DNA of 61,338 nt from Thermoplasmatota archaeon (GTDB taxonomy: Archaea; Thermoplasmatota; E2; DHVEG-1; B18-G2): the NCBI GenBank assembly GCA_029259115.1, contig JAPDJO010000051.1, positions 1-61,338 on the forward strand. Reading direction: 5' to 3'. The stretch's first letter is position 1, and every line of letters starts with the position of its first letter. Positions 38,288 through 48,505 of the stretch are shown one piece after another. Below the pieces are notes generated by a model. The model searched no databases and was not told where the DNA came from. It was given only the letters and a program-made list of their open reading frames with translations. The translations under genes and the position numbers were made by a program.

Positions 38288-39750
38288 AATACCCTTTTCT
38301 TATACCATACAGCTCCTCTCCTTGTATCCTCAACCTCTATACCCAATTTTTTGAGGTCATCTCTTATAGAGTCAGCAAGCTCCCAATCCTTTTTCTTTCT
38401 CGCCTCCTCTCTCCTCTTGAGAAGAATCTCAACACCTTCCTCTCCAGATTTTACATCCTTATCTATTCCATACTTCTCAAACAATCCCTTTATCTTATCG
38501 ATATCTATAATCTCATCTTTAACATCTTGAAGTAGGGTTAATATGTTACAGAATTTGAGGAGCGCTTCTCTTGCAACTTTACAAGATTTAGGACCAAGAT
38601 TCTTATCTCTTAATTTGTTATTCACCTTATCTATAAACTCAAATATCGATTTCATAGCTAATGGAGTGTTAAAATCATCATCCATAGCTTCCTCGAATTT
38701 CATCTTCAGTTCCTCTACGAACCTTTCTATTTCTTCATCCTCTTCTCCATCCTCTCTCTTTTCATAATACCCTAGGAGATCATAGACTCTATATATCTTC
38801 TCCAAAGATCTCTTTGCATTTTCCATAGCTTCTTCGGTAAAATTGGGAGGAGATCTATAATGCATACTCGCAAAAAAGAATCTTATCACTTCAGGATTGT
38901 ACATCTTTATAGCCTCTCTTATAGAGATTATGTTTCCGATAGATTTAGACATCTTTTCTCCTTTTATTTTCAGTAGACCAACATGCATCCAGTAATTCGC
39001 AAAGCCATTTCCATATGCAGCTTCTGTTTGAGCTATCTCGTTCTCGTGATGTGGGAATATTAAATCTTGCCCTCCTCCATGTATGTCAAAAGGAACACCC
39101 AGATACTTTGTACTCATAACAGAGCACTCTATATGCCATCCGGGTCTGCCTTCCCCCCATGGAGATTTCCATTTTGGTTCCCCTGGTTTTGCTGATTTCC
39201 AGAGAGCAAAGTCGAGAGGATTTTTCTTTTTCTCGCCTGGCTCAACTCTTGCGCCGGCTTTCATCTCTTCTATCTTCTGCTTTGATAATTTTCCGTACTC
39301 TTTGAACTTTTCAACAGAGAAATAGACATCACCATTAGAGACATATGCGTAGCCATTCTCTATAATCTTCTTAATCATCTCTATCATGTCATTGACATGC
39401 TCAGAGGCTTTTGGATAAATGTCAGCCCTCCTTATTCCTAGAGCATCCATATCATTTAGACATCTTTCCGTGTAATATCTCGAATATTCAATAGGATCCA
39501 TACCTCTCTCGTTTGCGGATTTTATTATCTTATCATCAACATCAGTTATATTTTGAACATAGATTACCTTATAGCCTTTGTATTCCAAGTATCTCCTTAT
39601 AATATCAAATGCTAGATATGTTCTTGCATGCCCTATATGAGCATCGGAATAAACAGTCATTCCACAGACATACATCTTTACCTTACCTTTTTCGACAGGA
39701 TGAAATTCTTCCTTTTTACCAGTTAGAGTGTTGAAGATCTTTAGCACCAT
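38284..39750 (-). CDS. cysS: Cysteine--tRNA ligase
   Basis: MYVCGMTVY, HIGH, DFALWK, GRPGWHIECS, FPHHENE, KMSKS. Confidence 0.97.
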   Translation of the reverse strand: MVLKIFNTLTGKKEEFHPVEKGKVKMYVCGMTVYSDAHIGHARTYLAFDIIRRYLEYKGYKVIYVQNITDVDDKIIKSANERGMDPIEYSRYYTERCLNDMDALGIRRADIYPKASEHVNDMIEMIKKIIENGYAYVSNGDVYFSVEKFKEYGKLSKQKIEEMKAGARVEPGEKKKNPLDFALWKSAKPGEPKWKSPWGEGRPGWHIECSVMSTKYLGVPFDIHGGGQDLIFPHHENEIAQTEAAYGNGFANYWMHVGLLKIKGEKMSKSIGNIISIREAIKMYNPEVIRFFFASMHYRSPPNFTEEAMENAKRSLEKIYRVYDLLGYYEKREDGEEDEEIERFVEELKMKFEEAMDDDFNTPLAMKSIFEFIDKVNNKLRDKNLGPKSCKVAREALLKFCNILTLLQDVKDEIIDIDKIKGLFEKYGIDKDVKSGEEGVEILLKRREEARKKKDWELADSIRDDLKKLGIEVEDTRRGAVWYKKRVL

Positions 39751-39858
39751 CGTTTCTCATAAGGAATAAGAGATTTAAAACTGTTAGTATAGATACCAAT
39801 TTTATTGAACAAACCTTTTAAATAATGGTTCATCGTTGTCATAGTGGAGGTGGATGGT

Positions 39859-40998
39859 ATGAAGGTAACGTTTAGCATAATCAAAGCCGACGTAGGCGGC
39901 TGGCCCGGGCATGCAAATGTACATCCCGCACTCATGGAGATAGCCAAGAACAAACTACAGGAAGCGAAAGAGGGAGGGCTATTGATAGATTTTCATGTTA
40001 CACACTGCGGAGATGACCTAGAGTTAATAATGACCCACACAAAGGGAGTAGATAATGAAGAAATTCATAGCTTAGCATGGGAAACATTCAAGGAGGCAAC
40101 TGAGAAAGCAAAAGAACTAAAACTCTATGGAGCCGGTCAAGATCTATTATCTGATGCATTCTCTGGGAATATAAAGGGTATGGGTCCAGGAGTTGCTGAG
40201 ATGGAGTTCACCGAGAGAAAAGCAGAACCGGTAATCGCTTTCATGATGGACAAGACAGAGCCAGGAGCTTTCAACATGCCAATCTTCAAGACATTTGCAG
40301 ATCCATTCAATACCGCAGGTCTGGTTATAGATCCATCTATGCACAATGGCTTTGTATTCGAGATATGGGATATCCAGGAGCATAAAATCGTGAAGATGAG
40401 TACGCCCGAGGAAATGTATGATATACTAGCTCTTATTGGAGCAAAATCGAGATTTGTCATAAAGAGAGTCTACCCGAAGGAAGGCGGAAAACTACCTGCT
40501 GATGAGCCTGTAGCTGTTGTATCTACCGAAAAGTTATACCAGATCGCTGGGAAATACATAGGTAAGGATGATCCTGTAGCTGCTGTTCGTTGCCAATCAG
40601 GATTACCAGCTCTAGGAGAGGTCCTTAACCCCTATGCATTCCCCCACCTAGTCTCTGGATGGATGAGAGGATCCCACAATGGCCCAATAATGCCTGTTGG
40701 AGTCAAGAATGCTATATGTACAAGGTTTGATGGTCCTCCAAGAGTTGTAGCTTTAGGATTCCAGTTATCCGAAGGAAAACTGGTAGGTCCCGTAGACCTA
40801 TTTGATGATCCTGGATTTGACAGAGCTAGACAGATAGCGTTAGAAGTTGCTGATTACATGAGAGCGCATGGTCCTTTTGAACCTCACAGGCTACCAATGG
40901 AGGATATGGAATATACAACCTTGCCAGGAGTTCTAGAGAAACTCAAGGGAAGATTTGTAGATGCTAAAGAAAAAGAGAACGTTATCGCACATTTTTAA
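39859..40998 (+). CDS. fbp: Fructose-1,6-bisphosphate aldolase/phosphatase
   Basis: IKADVGG, GDD, LYGAGQDLL, DKTEPGAFN, YIGKDDP, GWMRGSH, MEYTTL. Confidence 0.96.
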   Translation: MKVTFSIIKADVGGWPGHANVHPALMEIAKNKLQEAKEGGLLIDFHVTHCGDDLELIMTHTKGVDNEEIHSLAWETFKEATEKAKELKLYGAGQDLLSDAFSGNIKGMGPGVAEMEFTERKAEPVIAFMMDKTEPGAFNMPIFKTFADPFNTAGLVIDPSMHNGFVFEIWDIQEHKIVKMSTPEEMYDILALIGAKSRFVIKRVYPKEGGKLPADEPVAVVSTEKLYQIAGKYIGKDDPVAAVRCQSGLPALGEVLNPYAFPHLVSGWMRGSHNGPIMPVGVKNAICTRFDGPPRVVALGFQLSEGKLVGPVDLFDDPGFDRARQIALEVADYMRAHGPFEPHRLPMEDMEYTTLPGVLEKLKGRFVDAKEKENVIAHF

Positions 40999-41074
40999 CT
41001 CCGCCACATCTTTTTCTTCTAATTTTTTCAGAGTATAGGAAAAACCTTTAAACCACAACTTAATCCTCAAGCTA

Positions 41075-42163
41075 ATGGCAAAGAGGAGAAAGGTATCCGA
41101 GGAAATAGAGTTTAAGTTTCCAGAGTTTAATGAAGAGGAGTTTGTCAAAAAAGAGAAAAGAAACACAAAAGTTGTTATTCTCACTTTTATCTTTGGTTTA
41201 ATCGTAGGGATAGTATCTCAACCTCTCTGGGCGGGGATGAGTGAGAACATAAGATGGCCACTTATCCTCTTATTCGCGTTATTCATGACACCTTTCCTTT
41301 ACAAAATTATAACAAGAGTAGCTGATACATCAGATTACACTAGAAAGAACTGGTTCACCCTCTATAGTTCTTATCTTCTAACATGGGTAACTGTACTGAT
41401 AATCTTGATAAATCCACCCTTCTACGATGAGACCCCTCCACTAATAGACACTGCAATTCTACCCATCTATCAAGAGCCGGGCGGAACGGTGAAGATAGCA
41501 GCCTACATAACGGACAATTTCGGAATAAAAGAGGTAAATCTTTCTATAGAATCACCTGATGGAGAAAGAATCTATTTACCATATATTGAGAATAACAGTC
41601 TGTACGCGTGGGAATTTGAAAATAAAGATAATTTGCTGGGAAGATTCAACTTAACCATAACAGCTATAGACAAAAATGGAAACAAAAGAACCGCAAATGG
41701 AACATTCTGGTATTCCGAAGATGCTATTTCACTTGCATATCCAGAAAACGGAAGTACAGTAAATCATGCTACTCCAATAAGATTTGATGTAAAAGAATTG
41801 AGTAAGGATAACTTTAGAGTGTATTATCTAGTGGATGGCAACGAGATAAACTTGACGAAATCCGGAAACCTATATGAAACCTCTCCAGCTTATAAAGGTT
41901 GGGATAAAGGAAGAAATGTAACGATCACAGTAAAGGCTGAAGTTATACATTACTTCTATGATGTAAAAGTTAACAACACGGTCATAGATAGCTCGATGTA
42001 TATCTTTTCTACAGATCCAAATGATAACTACATAGGAACCGAGACTCCCCCAAAAGCAGAAAAGCTTCCACTACCTGAACAAAAGAGAATAACTCCAGGA
42101 TTTGAGATAGTTGCGCTTGTAATGGCAGTTATTCTAGTAGTGGCATGGAAGAGAAGGAAATGA
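41075..42163 (+). CDS. Membrane protein with Ig-like domains and C-terminal PGF-CTERM sorting signal
   Basis: Charged N-terminus, three TMs, Ig-like region (DETPPLI...ITDNFGI...TAIDKNGN), ending TPGFEIVALVMAVILVVAWKRRK. Confidence 0.75.
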   Translation: MAKRRKVSEEIEFKFPEFNEEEFVKKEKRNTKVVILTFIFGLIVGIVSQPLWAGMSENIRWPLILLFALFMTPFLYKIITRVADTSDYTRKNWFTLYSSYLLTWVTVLIILINPPFYDETPPLIDTAILPIYQEPGGTVKIAAYITDNFGIKEVNLSIESPDGERIYLPYIENNSLYAWEFENKDNLLGRFNLTITAIDKNGNKRTANGTFWYSEDAISLAYPENGSTVNHATPIRFDVKELSKDNFRVYYLVDGNEINLTKSGNLYETSPAYKGWDKGRNVTITVKAEVIHYFYDVKVNNTVIDSSMYIFSTDPNDNYIGTETPPKAEKLPLPEQKRITPGFEIVALVMAVILVVAWKRRK

Positions 42164-43197
42164 AGGAGCTGTGTGGCTTTATAAGAGAAATAAGGAGCAA
42201 AGCCAGATACAGAGAAAAAGATCCAGATCTTCCAGCTAGATTATGGAGAGAAGATGAGATCGTAGATGGAAAACCTGCCAAAGCTTTAGTTGTTGTTCTA
42301 ACTACAAAAGGCTGTAGCTGGAATCTATGCAGCATGTGCGGTTATTTTAGAGACTCTCTCAAGACCGTATCCCATGCTAATATCTTAAAACAAATCGAAT
42401 TTGTAATTTCAGAATATCAGGGAGAGAAGATAATAAAGATATTCACGTCCGGTAGCTTTCTGGACGAAAAAGAGATAGACTTTGCTACACAGAAAAAGAT
42501 AATAGAGCAACTTAGCGGATTGGAAGAACTGGATATCATATCTATCGAAAGCAGACCGGAATTTGTGGATTTAAAGAAACTAAAGGAGTTAATCAGAATA
42601 GTACATCCAAAGAGACTGGAAGTAAGCTTGGGGCTTGAATCAGCTAATGATAAAATACTGAGATACTCGATTAACAAAGGATTCAAATTCTCTGACTATG
42701 TAGAAAGTGCAAGGATAATAAAAAAATCGGGCGCCCTACTCAAGACATACATATTGCTGAAACCGCTTTTCTTAACAGAGAGAGAAGCGATAGGCGATTG
42801 TATCGAGAGTATAAAAAAGATAAAAAATACAACAGATACCGTATCCCTCAATCCGACAGCAGTTCATAGGTATACCCTCGTTGAGTATCTCTGGGAGAGA
42901 GGAGATTACAGACCACCATGGCTCTGGAGCGTTATCGAAGTGCTGAGGGAAGGAAAAAGAATCCTGGGAGATAGGAGAATAAAGTGTGATATAACTGGTG
43001 GAGGAGAGAAAAGAGGTGCACATAATTGCGGTAGATGTGACAGAAAAATTCTCGATGCCATAAAGAGATTCTCACTTGATCAAGATCTGAGTCATATTGA
43101 AAATATCTATTGCGATTGCATAGAAGAATGGAGAGATATTCTGGATTTGGAAACATTCTCTATAGGATCTATGGTGAGGATGTATGAAAGTTGCTGA
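42160..43197 (+). CDS. Archaeosine biosynthesis radical SAM protein RaSEA (TIGR01210-like)
   Basis: TKGCSWNLCSMCGY, KIFTSGSFLD, ESRPEF, GLES, INKG, YRPPWLWS, RGAHNCGRCD. Confidence 0.88.
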   Translation: MKELCGFIREIRSKARYREKDPDLPARLWREDEIVDGKPAKALVVVLTTKGCSWNLCSMCGYFRDSLKTVSHANILKQIEFVISEYQGEKIIKIFTSGSFLDEKEIDFATQKKIIEQLSGLEELDIISIESRPEFVDLKKLKELIRIVHPKRLEVSLGLESANDKILRYSINKGFKFSDYVESARIIKKSGALLKTYILLKPLFLTEREAIGDCIESIKKIKNTTDTVSLNPTAVHRYTLVEYLWERGDYRPPWLWSVIEVLREGKRILGDRRIKCDITGGGEKRGAHNCGRCDRKILDAIKRFSLDQDLSHIENIYCDCIEEWRDILDLETFSIGSMVRMYESC

Positions 43198-43951
43198 GGG
43201 TGACGAGATAGTCCTTCTCGATGAAAATGGAAAGAGATGCCTAGTGAACACATCTTGGAATAAGAGAAAGATAAAAGGTTTTGGAATTATAGATCCTAAG
43301 AACCTTATAGGATTTGAGTATGGAAGGAAGATAAGACTGAACCAAAAAGAAGTCTGGATTTTGAAACCATCATCTTACGACAGATGGAAATCTCTCAAAA
43401 GGAAAGCCCAGATAATATTACCAAAAGATTCAGCTCATATTGTGATAAACTGCTCAATCGTTCCAGGAAGTATAGTTGTGGAGGGAGGTATAGGATCCGG
43501 ATCCTTAACTTGCGTCTTATCACAGATCGTCGGCAGAGAAGGTAAGATTATATCCTATGAGAAAAGGAAAGATTTCAGAAGGTTCGCTGAAGAGAATCTG
43601 AGAAATGTAGGTCTTGGATACAATGTTGAAATAAAGGAGAAAGACATAACCAAAGGAATAGATGAAAAAGATGTTGATGCAGTGATCTTGGATATTCCAA
43701 ATCCTTGGGAAGTTGTTGAACATGCATACAATTCGCTGAAGATAGGAGGATGCTTTTGCTCTTACTCCCCCCTCATTTCTCAAGTTGAAAAAACTGTGAA
43801 AAAGCTAAGGGAATATCCTTTTGTTGAGATAAGAACCATAGAGACTCTGCAGAGAGAGATAGTTGTTCTTGAAAGGGGAGCAAGACCAAGCTTTGATATG
43901 CTTGGTCATACAGGTTATCTGACCTTTGCTAGGAAAGTTCTGGAAGTCTAA
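43184..43951 (+). CDS. trmI: tRNA (adenine-57/58-N1)-methyltransferase
   Basis: KRKAQIILPKD, EGGIGSGSL, LDIPNPW, ARPSFDMLGHTGYLTFARK. Confidence 0.93.
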   Translation: MKVAEGDEIVLLDENGKRCLVNTSWNKRKIKGFGIIDPKNLIGFEYGRKIRLNQKEVWILKPSSYDRWKSLKRKAQIILPKDSAHIVINCSIVPGSIVVEGGIGSGSLTCVLSQIVGREGKIISYEKRKDFRRFAEENLRNVGLGYNVEIKEKDITKGIDEKDVDAVILDIPNPWEVVEHAYNSLKIGGCFCSYSPLISQVEKTVKKLREYPFVEIRTIETLQREIVVLERGARPSFDMLGHTGYLTFARKVLEV

Positions 43952-44421
43952 TCAACAAGATTTATTCCTTTTTGATTCTGATAATGACCTGATCTTTTGT
44001 CATAAGTCTTCTCTACTTCACTTTCTAACAGCTCAAACACTATCTGACAAAATCTATCTCCTACCTGTAATTCTACCTCTCTATCTGCATTAAAACAACC
44101 TATTGTCAAATTTCCTTTAAACCCAGCATCAACCTTACCAAAGCTGGCAAATATTCCTCTCCTTGCATAACTCGATCTTATCCAGAGTTGAGCGGTTATT
44201 CTGCTACCAAGATCAACAAACTCTTTTGTACTGATAGCAAACCATGTGAGAGGAGGAATCTTTACCTTACCTTCATTTACATGCTTATCCACCTTCCTTA
44301 TGTATATTTCGCCTATGCTGAGATCGTAACCATTTGGAGTCAGATTTTCTTCTGAAAAGGGCTCTATCTTTAGATCTCCATTCTTCAACATCCTCAAAAT
44401 ATCTCTATCAGATAGTATCAT
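43948..44421 (-). CDS. dcd: dCTP deaminase
   Basis: MILSDRDI, NGYDL, RSSYARRG, GKVDAGFKG, RFCQI, GHYQNQ. Confidence 0.9.
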   Translation of the reverse strand: MILSDRDILRMLKNGDLKIEPFSEENLTPNGYDLSIGEIYIRKVDKHVNEGKVKIPPLTWFAISTKEFVDLGSRITAQLWIRSSYARRGIFASFGKVDAGFKGNLTIGCFNADREVELQVGDRFCQIVFELLESEVEKTYDKRSGHYQNQKGINLVD

Positions 44422-45506
44422 ATTTGCCTCCCCTTTGGAACCAACCTCCTCAATCTCCTCAAAGCCCTAAGCTTATCTTCATTTCCTATCTTAGCCTCTT
44501 CTATACTATTTCTAAGAATCTCCACGGTTTCGTCCATAACCTTTCTGTCAACAGGATAGGGGACACCATCTTTTCCTCCAACCGTAAATGTGAATTTAAT
44601 CGGATCTTTCCATGAAGGCTCAGATCCATACACGAGATCAGATATAAGAGCTAAAGCTCTTACTGTTTTAGGACCAACACCCCTTATCGAAAGCAATTCT
44701 TCATAATTTCTTGGCTGAAAATCGTATATCTTTTTCATGAGGGACCAGTTTATGCTTACAGGCATAAAAAGCGTTTTTTCTTTATCCAATGTTTTTTGAT
44801 AGCCAAAATTTTTGATGGAACTCAATATCTTATTTGGTTTCTCTTTAACAATATCAACACAAGTCTTTCTGCAATCCTCGCTTTCTTTTGCAACCATGTT
44901 CAAGACCTTCTCTTTTTTCTCATATCCAGCTATACCAGAGTGAGGCTCTTCAACAAAACTTTTCACATCATCCGATAACCAATGATATCTTCTGGCATAT
45001 CGATTTTCTTCATTCATCCCCTGCTGTATAACAACCCATTTTCCATCCTCCGAGAATATGAAAACATGATGGTAGAGGTTGTAACCGTCTTGAATAGCAG
45101 AGTTATCTACCTTTGCCGTCATCCTGCTTGCGTATATCATAGATTTTATCTTGCCATCGCTTAAAGATAGAATATCTCCAAACTTTTCTATCTCTTCTGG
45201 AGTTCTCCTTGATACAGATCCTTTCCCACCTGCTACAGCTATGCCATATTCGGATAGATTTATAGCTTCTTTTAATGCACCACATGTTACAGTAGTAGTA
45301 CCTGATGAGGGCCAGTCGAAGCCTAAAACACAGGAAAAAGCTTGGAACCAGAAAGGATCAGATAATCTCCTCAAAAACTCATCCCTTCCATACTCTATGA
45401 TCAAAACCTCGCTTATTGCTCTTCCAAGCTTGACCATCCTAGTGAATAACCATCTGGGAGCCCTTCCCGGATGCAAAGGTAGGTTCGCTATCCCGGTTCT
45501 CTGCAC
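44418..45506 (-). CDS. DUF763 family protein
   Basis: LPLH.G.AP.WL, LSDPFWFQ, AKVDNSAIQDGY.LYHH, QQGM, ARRYHW, HhH GVGPKTVRAL, GGKDGVPYPVD. Confidence 0.92.
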   Translation of the reverse strand: MQRTGIANLPLHPGRAPRWLFTRMVKLGRAISEVLIIEYGRDEFLRRLSDPFWFQAFSCVLGFDWPSSGTTTVTCGALKEAINLSEYGIAVAGGKGSVSRRTPEEIEKFGDILSLSDGKIKSMIYASRMTAKVDNSAIQDGYNLYHHVFIFSEDGKWVVIQQGMNEENRYARRYHWLSDDVKSFVEEPHSGIAGYEKKEKVLNMVAKESEDCRKTCVDIVKEKPNKILSSIKNFGYQKTLDKEKTLFMPVSINWSLMKKIYDFQPRNYEELLSIRGVGPKTVRALALISDLVYGSEPSWKDPIKFTFTVGGKDGVPYPVDRKVMDETVEILRNSIEEAKIGNEDKLRALRRLRRLVPKGRQI

Positions 45507-45615
45507 AACTTTGGATATCTTTGATGTGTTAATTAAGCTGATGGAGAAATTTAATATTATTAAAAACTAAAAATTAAAATAATACCGCGAAAATACTCAA
45601 AGTGAGGCTGGTACC

Positions 45616-47067
45616 ATAGCAGAAGTATGGAAATCAAGATTTGCATTTATCATGGCTGCAATAGGATCCGCAGTGGGATTAGGGAATGTTTGGAGATTTC
45701 CTTATGTCTGTTATAAAAATGGGGGCGGCGCCTTTCTAATTCCATATCTTATAGCTCTATTCACCGCTGGAATACCTCTAATGATTCTGGAATTTTCATT
45801 GGGTCATTGGTCCAGATCACCACCACCTCTAGCTTTCAAAAAGGTGAATAAAAAACTTGAGTGGGTTGGATGGTTATCGAGCTTGACTCCATTTGTGGTT
45901 GCATCATATTATGTAGTGGTTATGGCTTGGTGCTTCGCCTATATGGTTTATTCGGTGAATCTCCTCTGGGAGCCAGACGCAGAGAATTTCTTCTTTAACT
46001 TCCTTGGAAAAACGTCAGGAATTTCCGAGATAGGAGGAATAAGCATACCTGTTTTGCTTGGGCTGATAGCTGTATGGCTTTCCATATTTATCATACTCTA
46101 TAAAGGTGTTGATAGGATAGGGAAGGTTGTTGCTATTACCGTTCCTCTTCCAACCATCCTTCTGATAATACTGACGATAAGAGGTTTGACCTTGCCTGGA
46201 GCAATTGAGGGCGTGAGTTACTATCTCACTCCTGATTTTTCAAAACTTCTCAATGTAAATGTTTGGTTATCTGCATATGCCCAAGTGTTCTTTTCTCTAA
46301 GCTTGGCTCAGGGGATATTGATAACCTATGCCAGTTACTTGAGAAGAGATTCAGATATTTCGAACAATGCATTCATAACTTCTCTAGCTGATGCGGGGAC
46401 ATCATTTCTTGCTGGATTTACCGTATTTAGCGTGGTTGGTTATCTAGCATATGTAAAAAACGTTGATATAAACCATCTAGGTATAGCGGGCCCCCATCTC
46501 ACCTTCATAACATATCCAACCGCGATATCCTTGCTACCTTTTGCATCTGCAATTTTTGGAATGATATTCTACATAGCTCTGCTCACCTTTGGAATAGATT
46601 CTGCATTCTCGATGATAGAGCCTATGGCTTCTTCCTTAAACAGGAAGTGGAGAATATCGAAGTTTAAGGCAACAGCAATCATCTGTTTAGTTGGATTCAT
46701 AGCGAGCTTGTTTTTCACAACGGGTAGCGGGATATACTGGCTTGATATAGTAGATCATTTCATAGCCAACTTTGGTCTAGTAGCAGTGGGTTTGCTCGAA
46801 TGCATAACCCTGGGCTACCTCTACAAGGTATCTCTCTTTAGGGAGCATGCAAACAAAACATCAGATATAAGGATAGGAAGATGGTGGGATCTGCTTATAA
46901 GATATGTTGTTCCTTCAATTCTGGTCATGCTCCTGATATTATCCATCGTGGAGAACCTGAAGAAACCTTACATGGGTTTCCCTGTGTATGCTTTAATCAT
47001 TGCAGGTGTATTACCGATAGTTTTTATCGTGATAGCATCTTTTGTTCTTCAGAGGGTGAAAAGATGA
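45616..47067 (+). CDS. Sodium-dependent transporter, NSS/SNF family
   Basis: WKSRFAFIMAAIGSAVGLGNVWRFPY, NGGGAFLIPY, QVFFSLS, YASY. The conserved N-terminus lies upstream of the first ATG (45652), implying a start at ATA 45616. Confidence 0.9.
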   Translation: MAEVWKSRFAFIMAAIGSAVGLGNVWRFPYVCYKNGGGAFLIPYLIALFTAGIPLMILEFSLGHWSRSPPPLAFKKVNKKLEWVGWLSSLTPFVVASYYVVVMAWCFAYMVYSVNLLWEPDAENFFFNFLGKTSGISEIGGISIPVLLGLIAVWLSIFIILYKGVDRIGKVVAITVPLPTILLIILTIRGLTLPGAIEGVSYYLTPDFSKLLNVNVWLSAYAQVFFSLSLAQGILITYASYLRRDSDISNNAFITSLADAGTSFLAGFTVFSVVGYLAYVKNVDINHLGIAGPHLTFITYPTAISLLPFASAIFGMIFYIALLTFGIDSAFSMIEPMASSLNRKWRISKFKATAIICLVGFIASLFFTTGSGIYWLDIVDHFIANFGLVAVGLLECITLGYLYKVSLFREHANKTSDIRIGRWWDLLIRYVVPSILVMLLILSIVENLKKPYMGFPVYALIIAGVLPIVFIVIASFVLQRVKR

Positions 47068-47171
47068 ATCTACCTCTATCAGCAATAGTTATGCTAATCG
47101 TTGGTGTGGTTGTACTCTATGGAGGTTTGGCTTACTTTATCTACAGGGCGGTAAAATCTAAGAAGGAATGA
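47064..47171 (+). CDS. MetS-family NSS transporter small subunit
   Basis: MNLPLSAIVMLIVGVVVLYGGLAYFIYRAVKSKKE, single TM with SAIVM..LYGG; ATGA overlap with the NSS gene. Confidence 0.8.
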   Translation: MNLPLSAIVMLIVGVVVLYGGLAYFIYRAVKSKKE

Positions 47172-47979
47172 GATGACTGCCATCGCAAGATTCTGCTCTA
47201 AATGGATAACCTTCTCTACACGTTGCAAATGAGAGGTTGTATTCTCTACAAATCCTTTCAACCCTTTCCAGCAGAGAGAATCTTAAATTTTCTGGAAGGT
47301 AAAAAGCCCCTTCCTTTCTCTCGAGTCTGTAGTCTCTGAGGTTTATAACCTTCTCGAGCCTTTTCAGAGAATCTCTCCTAGGTTTTATCGTGGATGCTAC
47401 CACATGATCAGCGTATGGATAAATCTCCTCAACAATCTCCTCGATCTCTTCATTATTAAATCCAGGTATGATGGGATCTATCCTGACGATACAGGGAATA
47501 CCTTCTCTGTTCAGCTTCTTCAGCGCGCTTAATCTTCTCGATGGCGCCGGCGCATTGGGTTCTATGATCTTCGCTTTATCATCATCCAAGGTTGTTATGG
47601 TAAAGCTCACCGCAACCCGCATCTCTCTGAGTAAGTCTACATCTCTTGTAACGATATCTGATTTTGTGAGAATCAACAGCCTGATATCGTTCTCTTTGAA
47701 GATTTGCAGACATCCCCTCGTAAACCTGTTGTACCTCTCTTCTGGAGGATACGGATCCGAGCTGTTAGCCATGCTTATGTAGGTATCCACTTTATGAACC
47801 TCTCTCCTCAACCTCCGGTAAAGATCTTTCTTTACTCTTGATTTGAAAGGGTTTGGTATGTATGAAGATATGTAGCAGTATACACATGCATGGGAACAGC
47901 CAGTATATGGACTAAAAGAATACTTCTTTGGGCATGTACAGAGTTTCGATTTCCATGGGTCGAATTCGGATATGAGCAT
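47158..47979 (-). CDS. Radical SAM protein, SplB/COG1533-like
   Basis: FDPW...CTCP.KYS.SPYTGCSHACVYCY, SDPYP, LTKS, EPNAP, RIDPIIPG, TCREG. Confidence 0.88.
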   Translation of the reverse strand: MLISEFDPWKSKLCTCPKKYSFSPYTGCSHACVYCYISSYIPNPFKSRVKKDLYRRLRREVHKVDTYISMANSSDPYPPEERYNRFTRGCLQIFKENDIRLLILTKSDIVTRDVDLLREMRVAVSFTITTLDDDKAKIIEPNAPAPSRRLSALKKLNREGIPCIVRIDPIIPGFNNEEIEEIVEEIYPYADHVVASTIKPRRDSLKRLEKVINLRDYRLERKEGAFYLPENLRFSLLERVERICREYNLSFATCREGYPFRAESCDGSHLIPS

Positions 47980-48505
47980 GATACAGATACTAAAGATATG
48001 TAATTCTTTATCTGCTTTACCTCAGAAGCATCTAAAAATGGGCGCCAGGCGGATATGATTTTTTTAATTGTATCAGACAGATATTCATGGCTTAGATAGG
48101 TCTGAAAATATTTTTCTGACTCCTAGCCAAGATTGTCCCCTAGATCTCTCTACATAGGTAAGCGTATTTTCGGAAAACTCCTCTAGATGATCCTTTTCAC
48201 TATATTCCAAGTGCAAAGTTGCTCTTTCCCTCTTAATCTCCTCAAATATTCCATAAATATGTTTTTGACATTTTGGAGAATCCAGTCAACTTCAAAGGTT
48301 ATCCTTTCCATCTCCATGTTAGATGTGCATCTTCTTTCAACCGACTGTAGCGAGGTATGAGTAACGTGATTTTAAATAATTCTTATCTCCAAAGATAAAA
48401 AATACCAAAAGGATTTGAAATTAGTTTTAGCGAAGTATTTAAGAACAAAAACAAAAGATTAATTTAGAGTGTTCTATTTTACCAGAAAAAAAAGAGGTTT
48501 GGAAG

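Noticed and set aside
46881-47063. 96-aa ORF overlapping the NSS gene
   Set aside because: Only the last 35 aa (from ATG 47064) look like a real MetS-type subunit.
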